NCBI RefSeq assembly: GCF_009834535.1
Contig: NC_045698.1
Coordinates: 7,566,001 to 7,630,000, forward strand
Length of the DNA stretch: 64,000 nt
Direction of reading: 5' to 3'
DNA from: Camelus ferus
Lineage: Eukaryota
In this document: piece after piece, positions 11,191 to 25,066 of the stretch
How the letters are laid out: every line of letters begins with the position of its first letter
How positions within the stretch are numbered: the stretch's first letter is position 1
The notes under the pieces: generated by a model
Databases searched by the model: none
Seen by the model: only the letters and a program-made list of their open reading frames with translations
What the model was told of the DNA's origin: nothing
Position numbers and translations under genes: made by a program

Positions 11191-13799
11191 CAACAGTTTC
11201 TTTTTAACACAAAAAATCTGGTGGCTCTCTACCCAACGGATGTTTTGCTTTTAGTATCAAGATTCTCCCAGATCTTCAGTAAAAACCTGTCAGCTTGCCT
11301 CTCAAGAGCTCCACTTGGGAGCACTGGAGCAGGTGACCTCTCAGGTGTGCCCAGCTCTAAATCCAATGATTCTATAAGAATTTCTTGAGTATAATCCCAT
11401 CCTTATGACTCCAGTCCTCACTAATGAGTATATCTCTGCCCCTGAGGATGTGCACAACCAGAAATCAAAGTAAATATCCTCCTTGGAGAGAGCAGAGGGC
11501 TCAATTGAATATGCCCAGAAGGATGGAGAATTTTCTTCCCCAACACTGACCTTACCTGGGTCACTTCTTCCCCTAGCTGGGAAATAGGAAGTAATCTAAT
11601 TAAGAAGTTAATTAACTATTTAATTAACTATTTTCCCTTTAAATAATCAAATCCTAAGCTCATTATTACTGATGCACTGAGTATTTTCTGAGGGCTATGC
11701 ATTCTGACACAGTTGAAGTCAGTGGAGTTTATTTAAATAGATGATTTAAAAATTTCAGGCAAAATAATTGTAATGTAATAAACTCAATAAAGGGTTCTCA
11801 TTTCTATGCAGTTATTGTTCTATGCAGCACTATTCTATGTAGTTATTACTACATATGGCATTCTATAAACTCCAACCGCTGGAGAGTTGATTTAAATTCA
11901 GTTCATATGTTTACGTAGTAAGAAAACACTCCTGGTAAATAGTGCAATCCTTCGAGGAACAGCATGAAAAGAAAAGGGTTATCCATTCCAAGAGGTGGAC
12001 TCCAGCGCAGGTGCGCAGGGCTGCGTCCGGACAGGAAAACTGAGAGCTTCCTTGCCTTTCTTCCCCCTTTCTAGCTGATAAAAGGCACTTTCCTGGGGTG
12101 GAGGGCAGGGTGGCAGTCTGGTAAGGAGGCTGCGGAGGGAGAGGGAACAGGAATAGGGTGCTCAGAAGCTAGTCAACCACACCTGGTTTCCGCATCCATT
12201 ATGGAACCAGGTGTTGTGCAAATATGGCTTCCAAGCTGCTCACCAGCACCACCAGGCGCTGGAGGGAAGCTGAGCCTTCCGCGGTTTCCTTCTCATCCTC
12301 ACACGGATGGAGCCCATCCAGGCCCCTGAGACGCCTGGGTGCCCCTGCCCTTCCTCCCTCCACGGCTCCGCGAGGTTCTGATCACCGCCTGCCAGACTCG
12401 AGCCTTCCTACATGAGAGGAGAACTGACGCTGAGCTCCTGGCTACGCCGTTGCCCTTGACGCTTGGGACGCCAAGTGTCTGCATCCGACACAAGCTACTC
12501 TGGATTCACTGGGCAATTCTGGGCCGAACTTCTTAAAACGCACTTAGTTGCACTCCTACTGATCATCCTAAAACACACGTAGCCATGGGTTTTGGAAGAT
12601 GTGCTTAATTTATGTACATACAACAAGAGATCTGGTATAGGAGCCAACACCAGTGAATCAGTGATGAAGACAGTTCCTTGTGCTTTAGAAGACCACAATG
12701 TAGTCGGGAAAATGAGATAAACATGCAAGTCTATTCTATTTACAGTTATATTTCATCTAAAACAAAACAAAACAAAACGAATTAAGCTTGACCATTATTT
12801 ATGATGTGGACTGTTTCGCCGGTCTGCAAGGCAGACTGTCCATCACCTGGCTTCATGCTCCTCAAGGCTCTGGAGGAAGGAGTAGGGTCACCACCCACAG
12901 GTCTCTGTAGCCCTTCATTTGCTTCCAGTGTCTTGCAACAGATACAGGGCACTGTCTGCTTAACAGGGTAACAAACTAAATGCTCCAGTTATATCTTTGA
13001 TGTATCGCAAGTACTTAGAACTGTGATCAAATGTACAATGAATAAATTGAAACTAACTCTTACAAAATGGACACGTGGCTTAAAAAGACTGCTACAAAAA
13101 AAAAACAAAAACTCCAGAGGTTGAAGTTAACACCAATACACGCACAAGTGAGCACGTCATAAAAGAGAAGCGCTCACACGTCTCCTGGTACACATACTTC
13201 ATGAACCGCATTACAAACACCGAAGAGCTAATCAGATTTGACAGGAAGCCACCCTTCCCCACAAAACCCGAAATCACTGGGAAGGACATTAGAAATTTAG
13301 ATTTACATCCTGAATCATTAATGAGAAACATCAGCTCAAGGGCATTTGGACCTTGAGATATCACCTAATGATCATTAAAAGTCACAACGATTAGCAAGAC
13401 ATTTAAAATACTGCTCATTTCACCTTTATCAAAACATTAATATCCATTCCATATTCATTTTACTACATTTTACAGTTTATATAATGGTCACATAACATGT
13501 CTGTGGAATTTACAAAAGAATATACAAATGTTGAGGGTGCAGGCAAAAAGCAGTTTTTAAAGGGATGGGGTCCACAATCAAAGTTTGGGGCCACACCCCT
13601 GGTACAGAGCAGCCACCTGGCCGGAAGACAGATTGTTGCAGTGCTCAACCTGGGCAACTGTAAGTGCCGGTGCAGAAGCAAGAGTCATTTGCCACGGAAG
13701 CCTCACAATGAATAAACTATTGTGCTGCCATTGCTGTTGGGTTGTCACTGGAGCTGGGAGCTGGCAACTGATGCTCATGGCATGAGGTGCTGCCTGCTT

Positions 13800-14225
13800 T
13801 GTAAGGGTTGAATTGTGCCCCCCTCCCCAATACACACAATTTCCTATGTTAATGTCCGAACCCCCAGTCTGTCAAAATGTGGCCTTATTTAGAAACAAGA
13901 GTTGTTGTATAGTTAGCTAAGATGAGGTCGTGATGGTGAGCCCTGACCTGATATGACTGGCATCCTTATGAAAAGGGGAAATTGGACACAGACACACACA
14001 GGGAGAATGCCAGGGGAACACTGGAGTTACCTTTCCATTAGCCAAGGAATAACAAGAAAGTGGGAGAGGGGCCTGGAACAGATCCTACCCTACTGCCTTC
14101 AGAGAGGGCACAGCCCTACTGACACCTTGATCTCAAACTTCCAGCCCCCAGAACTCTGAGACCATAAACCCCTGTTGTTTAAACCACTCAGTTTGTGGCA
14201 CTTTGTTATGGAAACTCCAGGAAAG
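13800..14225 (+). mobile_element. MaLR solo LTR (MLT1B/C-like)
   Basis: tgtaagggttgaattgtg...taagatgaggtc...ccttgatctcaaacttccagcc...tttgtggcactttgttatgg. Confidence 0.85.
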
Positions 14226-15212
14226 GGATTCACTGCTTCTTGTGGGAGGTGGCCAGCCTGGCGGGAAGTCCTGCCCTCGATGACCCGGGTGGAAATGAGA
14301 GTGGGTTTGTCGGAGCCTTTGCAGTGATGGGGAGACATGCGCTGCCTGCGACGGTGGACTCCGGACACAGACACAGCCCCCCTCCCCCACAGCCCCTTCC
14401 ACGCTCCAGCTGACTTGAGGCGGGGGCTGCCACGTGGGGACTTGGGGGCCCGCACGAGCTCTGTCAACTTCTCTGCTGTCCCAGCGGCCCCAGGCAAAAT
14501 GAAAACTTTCACCACTTCCTTCCTGATGCACAAGCTGTAGCCCTTCGTGCACGCCCTGTGCTACCTACAGACTCAGGACACGGATCTAGGAGCCTCGCGG
14601 GGGCAAACCTGACGGTGAGGGCCACGGAGCAGAGGTCCGTGACTATTTCATGCTGCCTTGAAATTGTCTCAAATGCTTTCTATTCCGAGGATCTTGCTGG
14701 ACTTTCAGGATGGTTTTCCCTGGAGGAGGCATCTGGGCCCACGAGCAGGTGACAAGTTATCCCTGTCACCAGGGCATCCTCTGCCACTCAGCGCTCCCAC
14801 CATATCAAGACTCTGCCTTTGGCCAAGGGCAGGTGTCTGCGGCTCACCGCACTCCAGCACCCAGGTCAGCTGTTGCCGCCATGACCTGGGCCCTGCCTGC
14901 CCACACGGGCCACCCAAACAGCATGGGAGCTGGAAGCTGGTCGGCCCTCAGCACTGCAGTCCACTGGCATCCACACACCCGCTGAGGAAAAGGCTACATC
15001 TCTTTGAAAAGGCGGCTGACAACTAGCCTGGATATAAAAGATGATGTTGTTGGAAGGTAAGGATGATGCTGAAATTGGTTCACTACATGGTTTTAATTAA
15101 AGTTCAAACATGCAGATAATGGCTTAAAGATACAAATTCCCAGACATATCATTTGTGCCATCTCTTAACTTCAGCATTTTCAATTTTCTATGTCTTATCT
15201 TAAGAATTAACT

Positions 15213-15270
15213 CGATCACAATATTTGTAAATCAAACCATCATGCTGTATGCCTTAAACTTAAAAAAAAA
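15213..15270 (+). mobile_element. Very short L1 3'-UTR insertion with A-tail
   Basis: catcatgctgtatgccttaaactt followed by an A-run. TSD AAGAATTAACT (15202-15212) / AAGAATTCACT (15271-15281). Confidence 0.7.
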
Positions 15271-15329
15271 AAGAATTCACTTTAACTGAGAGAATCATTA
15301 AAAATGGCCATGGATTACGACGTGGCATC

Positions 15330-15798
15330 CGTTAGGGACCGAATTTTCCCCGACCCCCAATATGTGAACTCCTTACCCTGACCTTAGGATTCGACCTTTT
15401 TTGGAAGTAAGGTCTTACAGAAGTAACTGAGTTAAAATGCAGCTTTTAGGGTGGGCCCTAATCAAATATGGCCGATGTCCTTACGAAAAGGGGAAATTCG
15501 GACATGGAAACAGACACACACAGAGGGACGGTGATGTGAAGAGACACTGGGAGAACGCCTCTTGACAACAGAGATCAGGGTGACACATCTGCCCGCTGAG
15601 GGTCACCAAAGATGCCCCACAAACCAGCGGGAACTAGAGAGAGGCCTGGGCGGAGTCTCCCTCATGGCCTCAGAGGGAACCAATCCTGGGGACACTTGGA
15701 TCCTGGACTTCCAGCCTCCAGATCTGTGAGATAATACATTTCAGTTATTTTAAGCCACCCTGGTTGTGGTGTCTGTCACAGCAGCCCTAGGGAAACAC
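15330..15798 (+). mobile_element. MaLR solo LTR (MLT1B/C-like)
   Basis: agttaaaatg...agggtgggccctaatc...ggacttccagcctccaga...tttaagccacc...cagcagccctagg. Confidence 0.85.
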
Positions 15799-15929
15799 AG
15801 GAGGCGTCTAGTGATAACGGTTTCAGGCCAGAGTTACCAGTGACGCCTGAAAGCAGGAGATGAAAGTTTGATGAGAAACAAATGCTCCCAGCTCGGTCAC
15901 GGTCATTCACAGACGTTCACGGGGCAGCG

Positions 15930-16036
15930 AACGTTAACATCCCTGATACACAGGTTCCTGTCTGAGGTCTGACAGGATGGTGCTCTGCCTTCTGATTTCA
16001 GCTTTTATATTGTAAACAAGTGTCCTTTTCATGGTC
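15930..16036 (+). mobile_element. Tigger (TcMar) fragment
   Basis: ctctgccttct-tttcagct...tgtaaacaagtgtccttttca resembles recalled Tigger4/Zombi internal sequence. Confidence 0.55.
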
Positions 16037-16049
16037 CCCGCTGTAAAGA

Positions 16050-17220
16050 TACTCTTTGTTTTGTAATTAATAAATATGCTGGGGAAAATACTTTGAGGCA
16101 ATTCAAATATCCTGTTTCACCTTAAACTTGCACCCACAAATTGTAACATCCATAGGTGCATCTTGTCTACCGCGGTCTCTGTGCTGTTAGCCTCTTGGCG
16201 ATATTCTAGCTCCCTCCTTCCTATGCATTTATTAATTGGAACTCTTCTTTACAGAAGAGCTGTCCCCCTTCACTTACGTATTCAATGATTAATTTTGGTA
16301 TAGACTCAGGGGTATCTACTTTACTCTGTACTCTTGTTATTTATTTTAGCACAAATTGTTCCAGCTTTGCCATTAGGAGCGCCTCTGGGCTGGCTTCTGT
16401 ATTGTTCTGACATGACTCCATCCTTTTACGAACACTCCCTCATCTTCTGTCACTACAAGTTGTTCCTGGCTCAGCCAGTATTTTTCCTGTCTTGATCCTA
16501 GAATTAACCATTTCCCCAAGGAACCCTGGTTCCCTTGACTGGGGAATGGTACTTAGAAACCAGGATCCAGGCCCGAGGGGTGCTCATGGCTACGTGGGTG
16601 TCAGTTGGTTAATGCCCGCTCAGTGAACACAGCTAGAAGTACAGGTAAGCACACTGACCCTCCCCCCACCTGTATTTGTGTTCGTAGGCATATACGTGTT
16701 GGTATGTATCTTCGATCCATCCATACATCTATTTAAAACTATGCGTTCATACTACTACTTCCAATTCCAATTAAACACTGCAGGTCATTTTAATCTTCCC
16801 CCTTTCCTATTTGCACCCTCTTTCTCTGACAATGAAAAATTTGACTCTCCTTAGCCACAAAATATTTACTTATTTGTTCAGTCCTAGTATACACATAAAG
16901 CAATTTCAGAACTGCCAACCCAAACCCCTGTAAGAAACATTCACTAAGTGGAGTGTAGCCCTTATGCATAGGTTTTTGGATTTTTTTTTTGTCTTTAGTC
17001 TTACAGTAGCCAGTCACAACACTGTCTCCCAAAGTTACTCAGGTGAGGTCCATCCCCTCTGCCACCCCGGCCACGCCCCTTTCAGTTGGTAATATTAAGC
17101 ATTCATATTACAATTAGGTCCACCCGTTCCTCTGTGTACTCCGTTTGGGGTCTCTCCCACATCCTGGATGATTGGAATTGCTTGCTTATCTTGGGGTGAA
17201 ACATGAAACAGTGCCACAGT
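16050..17220 (-). mobile_element. Old L1MC/L1MD-like 3' region
   Basis: gaaaatactttgagg...aaattgttccagcttt...catttccccaaggaaccctggttcc...gaatggtacttagaaacca. Confidence 0.7.
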
Positions 17221-18199
17221 CCTTTATATAATGGAAGTGGGCGTTTCACCTTAACACACTCAGCAGAAGGCTCTGGGGAAAATCACAGCTTTCCTTGACT
17301 GGGTCCGTTCTGAGAGGGAATCTAGCAGCCACTCAGGAGGACATTAGCTGATAATAATGCCTGCTACTCTTCTCGGATATGGAGTGCCACAGGTAACTAG
17401 AATTTAGCTTGACGAGAATTCTTGGGAAACATTTTCAAATGTCTGCCATGGTATCATTTTTTCTTTTTTTTAAATGTAGTGTCTCAAAACAACTTGGCAG
17501 CATAAGAAATGATTGTTTTTAAATATCTGAAAAATTACAAGATCAAGGGGAATAAGTAACAAAGATTTGCAAAAAAAATTACAAGTGAAAGTGTTTTTCT
17601 TTTTTTGGGGGGTGAGTGAGGTCACATAATAACCTCTTTAATGCTCCAGTTGTTCATTTTCTCTGTAATTAGTATTTGATTTTCCGACTGGGGAAGGAAG
17701 CCACCAGAGGTAAGTCAGTAAATGCAAACACAGTTCTAAATATCGGGAAGGAAAGCCAAGTGTTTGCAAATGCAAATCTAAGGAGGAAACTAGCATCTGA
17801 GAGTAGGTATTTATTTTCCTATTTGGAGAACACTGGGTTCAAAACATCAAAAAATATAAAACTGTAGGATTAGGGTAATGTGAATGGTGAAGTCACATGC
17901 CATGACATTTCCAAGGGAGATTAACGTAAAGCATTAAATGTTTGACAAATTCTGGAAACAAACAGCCCTTTCTGTGTGTAAAGTAAAACCAGCTCAGTGC
18001 TCTGAAGCCTTGTTGTAAATGGTAATGAGGCCACCCACTGCATGGGTGGGATATGAGCTTGAGGAACATGGAAAAGGCTGTGGGCAACCCCAGAATCAAC
18101 AAGTTTATTCTCCACAGGAACCTGGATTTATAGTCTGTCTTGATTCTGAAGACATTCTGTCAATGCGGAGGGTTTCTGTAGCCTATTAGGACATGAGCT

Positions 18200-18640
18200 T
18201 CCAAGTCAAGACAGAGTCAGGACTGAATCCTGGCCAGGCCACAGACTGGCTATGTATCATTGTGTCAGATCACCTCATTACACCTTGATTTCTTCATCTA
18301 TATATTGGGCATAATAACACCAACTTATAGGTGGCATAAGCAGTAAACCCAACGTGAAGAACTTAGTAAGTGCCCAGCACAAAACACACACACACACAGC
18401 CCAGGGGCTAAGAGTGGGGACCTTGGGCCCAGCTGCCAGTCGGGAGTGCTGGCTCTGCCACTCACTCATTGTGTGTCCTTGGCAAGGTCGTTTAACCTCT
18501 CTGGGCCGTTGAAGTGGGAGGAGTAATCTGGAATGGGGATAATGATCAATAACCTGCTCTGCACTAGGGATGGGGATAGAGTTATTTGCAAGGATCAAAT
18601 GAATCAACATGGGCAGAACACTCAGAACAGAGCCACCAGG
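18200..18640 (+). mobile_element. Two adjacent MIR relics
   Basis: gaatcctggc...tttcttcatcta and ctggctctgccact...ccttggcaag...taacctctctg core-SINE motifs. Confidence 0.6.
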
Positions 18641-20959
18641 TTCACTGCCCTCTGTAGTACTATCAGTGATAATTATTAACCATGATTATTCAGTGAGCCC
18701 ACCAGAGAAACGAGATGTGCGTGGTGGTGGACACGAACTATTACACGGAGTGCCAGGTCTGGAGCAGGGGTTTGGAAGGCGTTGTGTTGGCAACATAGAC
18801 CAATAACTTCGGAATCCACAGAGGCTCACCCCATCTGTCAATGGCGTGGCAGGTGGTTTAACCCACAGCAGTAAAGAGAGAAGCCAAAGTCCAGAGGACA
18901 AGAGCTAACACACCCATAAGGAACATATTTCAGCAATTTGACTGCAGGGAACAAACAGACCCTCACTCACGTGTTACGTAAACCCTGCCCTGTGGTCGGC
19001 TTGATTCAAAATACCTGGTTCCAGGGGAGACGAGCCTTCGCAGTGGATGAGATGCTCAAATCTAGAGTGCGAGGTGCTCTCCTCTTTCCCCTGCAATCAT
19101 TCATCCTCTGGCATATTTACTTAAATTGTGCATCTTCGATAAATGCTGTATTTTACCTCATGAGAAAAAAAATCAATAGAAAGAAAACTAATGGGCTGTT
19201 CTGTCCTTATTTCTAAACACACTAATAAATTATCATCTGTCACTGTACTGATACTGTGCCATCCAGGGAAATAGCTATTTGTCCCGTATTCCGCTTAAAC
19301 TCATGCAGAGAAGCACGTTTCATTAACTTTCCAGGATTTTTTTTCCAGGCAAGGCTCTCTGTCCTTTTGGTCTCATCCTTTTTCTTCCTTCTTCAGGAAC
19401 TACAGGATGTGAAGGGAAATGACACCACAGGTTTCCTAGTGGAGGAAATGACTTCAGGCCACGTGCTCTTATCCTCAGTTCCAAGTCCAAGAACGTTTTG
19501 AACACTGAAAAGTTTTGTTCTAACTCTTAGGCAGGCAAAACTTAACCTGAACTGATTTGAGTTTGTACATTTTTAAACTGGATCTCCCCTGGCGTGAACA
19601 GGCTGCCTGAGGCCCCTCTACAGGCTGCTGTATGGAATCTGTATCATTTTATTCTCCTAAAACCTGTTTATTCTCCTAAAACATCAACATTTCTCAATTC
19701 TGAAACCAATCAGGCCCCAAGGTTTTCAGACACAGGACTGTGGACCAGTAGGAGAATTCCTGACGCTGTTATGTGCCAAACACAACTTTGTGAAAGTAAC
19801 CAGCGAGAAAGATAGTTCTAGAATTTTCTTTAAACAGTCTTCTTCTTTTAAAATCAGAACTTGGGCTGAACCTTCCCGTTTCTGATCTCATGATTTAAAA
19901 TGGGCAATCATCGCTCAGAAACTTCGCCACCAATTTGTCCTCCCCTGAAGAAACTGCCCTGTCAATACCACACAAAGTTTCCTAGGAAACACTCCATGGT
20001 ACAGCACATATGTAAGCAGACATGTGGGGTCACCAAGCACAGGCACATCCTTCTTCAGGGGTGCCTGCTGTCAGGACTAACTCTTGGAAGCCTGGCCTGC
20101 TCTGGACCCCAGACTTGGGTATAGATTCCTGCTCAGCGTGGCAAGCGTACAGCGTCCTTGGAGTTCAGTTTCCTGTGTGTAAACTGGGGAGAATGCCACC
20201 TGCTCTCGGGACGCTTGGACTGAAATACAGGAACACAGGTTGGCTGCTCTCCACTTTCTTTTGCTCTGGCTGAGACTTGTCTGGGGAGAGTTATAAGGTG
20301 GAAAGCGTAGTGTTCACTTTCTTCTACGTGGACAAGTAAGTTCAGAGAGAGGTATGGGCTGCATGCTTGTGCGTGACAAGGCAGAAGGAAATGGACTTGT
20401 ATCAAGGTCCTTGGGCCACACTTGACATCAGAACCTCCAGGGAAGACAGGGGTAAACAGAGATGCTGGTGTCGCAAGAAGATGAGCTGTCGAGGACCCGG
20501 GGGGCTGGGAGCAGAGACGTCACTGAAGGACACTTGGTCACTCATAAGGGTGTGGTCTCCATGATTCTAGGTTTGGCTGAAATTGGCAAAGCCCTGACGC
20601 TTGGGAACATTATTTAAATCAGAAGTTCTCTGTCCTGATGGCACAGAACAGGCCCATCCTAGAGACTTGCCTAGCATGGCCTTTTCAAAGGTCTGCAGGT
20701 GATTTCAATATGGTAGTGGAAGCCCACGGCCAATGGCATGAGCTCACACTTACCAGGGCAGAGGGTGTGATCCGGATGCCCTATTTCTCCCCTGTCTGGG
20801 AACAGAACCCACACCTCACTGATCATGAAAGGAAAAGGACACAGCACAGGGCCCCACACAGACCAAGAGTTCTCAGAAGCACACAGCCGAGAGCAAAGGT
20901 GATCGTTTAACTGAATAAACATCTGTGAGGCATCTCGAGATTCGCGAGAACTCTCCCAC

Positions 20960-21056
20960 CTGGGGCTCTCCCACTCCTGGTCGTCCTGGTCCTTCTCCTC
21001 TTTGGTGTCTCCAGAATGCGGGTGTTTCTGCACAATCCGCATCCCACCGGCTTTCA
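20960..21056 (-). CDS. DAP: Death-associated protein 1, exon 2 ((V)KAGGMRIVQKHPHSGDTKEEKDQDDQEWESP(S))
   Basis: 97-nt exon. Acceptor ctctgtcttcatttcag|TG, branch-point-like CTGAT ~28 nt upstream, donor CAG|gtggga. Splices in frame with exon 1 (G|TG = Val19) and matches DAP residues 19-51. Confidence 0.97.
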
Positions 21057-21589
21057 CTGAAATGAAGACAGAGCAGGGTGAGATCAGTGTGGATGGGGAA
21101 CCACCAGAGGGCAGTGCTCGGTTGCCCCCTCCCACCCCCCCGCCACGAGCCAGCCTGGATCAGCCAGCAAGGACCATGGCTAAGTACAGAGGGTTAGTGT
21201 GGTTCAGGGGGCCAGGGTGGGGCTCAATATGATGAGACACTCAACGCTCTCTGTCACTCCAGACCCACTTAGGAACTTTCCAAGGCTCTTGCTTGTTGCT
21301 TGGGTCTCCTTTCAAGCATTCTGTAAGAGCAGCCGTGTAACCAGCGTGTAAACCACGCGGAGGAAGTGGCTGCTCGGTTTCGATTCTGCACAGCTTCTTG
21401 ATGCCACAAAGGCTCACTTAATCCCTGCCTGTGACATCTTCTCAATGCTGATGATGCTTCTGATGGGGCCACACAGCCGTGGGGACACAGGGCAGCCGCT
21501 GTGTCACAGCCACAGAGCCCACTCAGGTGGCAACTTTCCCCAAGCTGTGCCGTGAAACCCTCGCATCCTCAGCAGTTAATTCAGTTTCA

Positions 21590-22510
21590 AAAAACAGCCT
21601 TATTGACATGTAATTCACCTGCAATGTAACTCACCCATTTAGAGCATACAATTCAAGGGTTCTGAGTGTGTTCAGAGTCGCATGACCATCGCCACAATCA
21701 TTTTCAAAGGTTTTCATCACCCTAAACAGACGTAGGCATCAAGGCTTACTCTCCAATCCCTCTTCTCTCCTGGCTGCCAGCAACCAGCCACCTGGATCTG
21801 CCTGTTCTGGACATTTGACATAAATGGAATCATAAAACATGTGGGCTTTGGGGATAGGCTTAGTTCACTGAGCATAATGTTTCCAAAGCTCACCCATGTT
21901 GTAACAAGTATCAATCAGTACTTCATCCCTTTTTATGACTGAATAATATTCTACTGCGTGGAGAGACCACATTATTATCCATTCATCTGTTGATGAGTAT
22001 TTGCATTGTTTCCACTTTTGGGCTCCTGTGAATAACATGGCTACAAACAACCTGTGTCTGTACAAGTTTTGTGTAGACACAGGCACAGCTACCTTCCTTT
22101 CCTTGGTACACATGTGGAATGGAGCAGCTGGGTCACATGGTAACTCTGTGTTTACCCTTTTGAGGGATCCCCAAGTGCTTTCCGAAGCCACAGCACTGTT
22201 CCATTCCAATTCTCCACATGCTCGCCCACACTTGTTCTTGTCTATCTTTTACATTATGGTTATTCTACTACTATATATATAAAATAAACCACAAGGTCCC
22301 ACTGTACAGCACAGGGAACTACATTCAATGCCTTGTACTAGTCTATAATGAAAAAGAATATGAAAGGGAATATACATGTAAAGCTGAATCACTATGCTGT
22401 ACACCAGAAATTAACACAACATTGTAAACCAACTATACTTCAATTTAAAAAATTAGTTATTCTAATGGGTGTGAAGTGATATCTTATAGTTTGATTTGTA
22501 TTTCCTTAAT
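21590..22510 (-). mobile_element. L1MB-like 3' region, interrupted at 22268-22455
   Basis: Reverse L1 3' UTR/ORF2 end; minus-strand peptide ELPCDPA...STDEWI. Confidence 0.8.
22268..22455 (+). mobile_element. Short L1 3' end nested in L1MB
   Basis: actgtacagcacagggaact...tgaatcactatgctgtacaccagaa...atacttcaat plus A-tail. TSD core GTTATTCTA at 22259-22267 and 22456-22464. Confidence 0.88.
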
Positions 22511-22964
22511 AGCTAATATGTTAATAATGGTTTGCAAGGGGAAAAAAACCCCCAAAAGTGTGGGAAATGCTAGGTTGCACGAATTGATGGGTTTCCTCGG
22601 GACAGACTCTCTCTGCCTTTAGCGTGCCTGGTAAGCTTTACATGGGGCACAGGGCATGCTGCCTTTCCCAAGTGTGTTTGACCACAGAACTACCCACCTC
22701 CCCGCCCCTGGTAATGCTGGTAAATTATCCTTTAGGGCTCTAGTGTTCCACGGGATACAGTTTGGAAATGCTGGCCTTATATTTAAAAAGCCAGCCCCAC
22801 ATGGTAGCTGCCAGCATGTGCTCTGGGGTCAGCAAGTTCCTCCAGGTCCTCAGCTACATGGTCCCAGATTCATCAGCTGCTCAGAGTCTTGCCGCTTCAT
22901 CCCCCAAAGAGGATGGGCGCTGCATCCTAAGATGGACAAGTTTAAGTGAGAAGAGAGGCTGTTG

Positions 22965-23268
22965 GCTTCTAACCCCCAAGGTGATGCTGTTCAGAGGTGG
23001 GGACTTGGAAGGTGCTTAGGTCACGAGGGTGGAGTGCTCAGGAATGGGATTTGTACCCTGAGAACCCCAGAGAGCTCCCTCGCCTTCCTGCCTGGTGAGG
23101 ACACAGAGCATACAGCCCTCTGTGAGTCAGGAAGCAGGACGCCACCAGATATTGAATCTGCCTTGATCTCGGACCTCTGGGCTCCAGAACTGTGAGAAAT
23201 AAATGTCCGTTGTTTACAAGTCACACTGTTTGTGGTCCACCATTACAGCAGCTGAACAGACGAAGACA
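22965..23268 (+). mobile_element. MaLR solo LTR (MLT1A-like)
   Basis: ttaggtcacgagggtggag...ccagaactgtgagaaataaat...gcagctgaacagacgaagaca. Confidence 0.8.
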
Positions 23269-24434
23269 GAGGAGCCTGGCAGCTTCCTGGCACTGGATAG
23301 ATGGTAGAGCATGTTAACTGCACCCACTGGCCCCAGGTTAGTGGTGTGGGGCTCACACATGGCTCATCTTCTCTCTTCAGGGCAGCTACTCTGTTCTGCC
23401 ACAGCCCTGCCCCAACCACACAGTACGGTCAACTTGTCAGGCCACATCCTCTGTGTTCCAAATTTGGTCGGACCCTGCTGAATGACGAAATCCAGGACAA
23501 TTTCTTTGTGATGCTAAAGAACACTTAGAGTTTCTTAGCTTTCAGTTTCCCTGGCATAGTCCAGGGAGCTGAGGATGCCTGCCGCATGGTCTGTGGTACC
23601 CAATATCAGCCCATCAGAAATGGGCAAAGCAGAGGGCATGTGACATAAAGGACCGAGTTTAAGGACCCACTATTGGTCTGGGTTTGGGACTCAAGTCTCC
23701 CTGCGGCCACCCCTATTTCTTTTCAATGGGGAGGGGACACTCTGCTTTGGAAAGAAGGGAAGGTAATCCTGTCCAGGAATTCTCTCAAAAATCTGGTTTT
23801 TTATCCCATCAGTTGATTTTTATTCCAATCATTTTATTTTTTATTTCTAGAGCTTGTCCCCCCTCAGATTCATCTGGTCTTTATTTGATAGTGTCTTACT
23901 CATTGCTCGTGTTTTTAATTCTTTTACATGTTTAATCATTTTAGGCATATTTATCTTATAGTTGTGTATCTAATTATTTTATGATCTGAGGTCCTTGGGG
24001 GTCTCACCCCACTATTCGTTTTTCTCTGCTGATTCTCGCTCATGTCTGGGTCGTGAGCTTGTCCTCAGTTCAGGTTTGATCTGTGGGGATACTCTGGGGT
24101 GTGGGGTGCAGGCAGCATCCTTCTGGGAAGATGCTGGACGTGCTTCTGTCAAACCAGGAGTAACAGCACCTGGAAATCGTTTCTACGTCAGATTTCTCAG
24201 AACAGAAATGGGCAGACAGGACACATGTGAAGTCTTCACCCGTGGAAAGTCAGTCTGCGTTTACAAATTCTCAGGGAGACTCTGTTATCAAGCCAGAAGC
24301 CAGTCTGAAACAGAGTGGCTTCCTCACCATCCCACCGCGTTGTCAGACACATTTCTTTCTGTACCCTTTCTCCGTGGGTTTGGGCTCTGACCACCCAGCT
24401 TTAAGCTGGGGTCTTGGGTTAAATGAGGCCATTG

Positions 24435-24614
24435 AGAAGGACCTACTGCACAGCACAGGGAACTATATTCAATTTCTTGTAATGAGCTGTAATGGAAAAG
24501 AATCTGAAAAAATATACATGTATGTATGCATTTGTATAACTGAATCGCTTTGTGGTACACCTGAAACTAACACTGTAAATCGACTACACTTCAATAAAAA
24601 ATAGCAATTAAAAA
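24435..24614 (+). mobile_element. Short L1 3' end with A-tail
   Basis: cctactgcacagcacagggaactatattcaa...cacttcaataaaaa. 14-bp TSD AAATGAGGCCATTG (24421-24434) / AAATGAGGCCGTTG (24615-24628); TT/AAA endonuclease site. Confidence 0.9.
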
Positions 24615-25066
24615 AAATGAGGCCGTTGGGGTGTGGCTGGTGTTCTTCTGAGAAGAGGAAGAGACACCACGTCACATCCTGTCTCACGTGGGCCCAAGGC
24701 TCCCGCTAACTGTCCTGCATTTAGTTTCTTCTTTGGGTATGACTCCTAGGAATTTCCCTCCCTTTGGGCTCAGATTAAACAAAAAAATAAGAAGAAAACA
24801 AAAATACCATTTGCAGGTGGCTGATAAGTTATCAAGATTTCCCAGACTACGTCGCCTGACAAGCCTTAAGAAATGGAGACAAAGTAAAATTCTGTAATAC
24901 ATTTAAGATAAATTTTCACTCTCCTGAAATACAAGATTAGAGAGTCGTGAATGTTTTTGGCCAAAAGAGGAGGCTGGAAGAACTGTGCCGCTATTTTTTG
25001 TTCTAATTCGCCCCCCTCCCAGGTACCCCACCCTGTCCCACGCCCGTTAGGAACTGATGAAGGCGC

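Noticed and set aside
17673..17716. Antisense micro-exon ending in a strong AG|GTAAGT donor
   Set aside because: Isolated consensus donors occur by chance; the acceptor is weak and there is no other support.
1..20959. DAP exons 3-4 (PPKPTVFISGVIAR..., GDKDFPPAAAQVAHQKP...)
   Set aside because: Not found by eye or in the ORF track; consistent with a long intron 2 extending beyond the window. A TBLASTN with DAP residues 52-102 would settle it.
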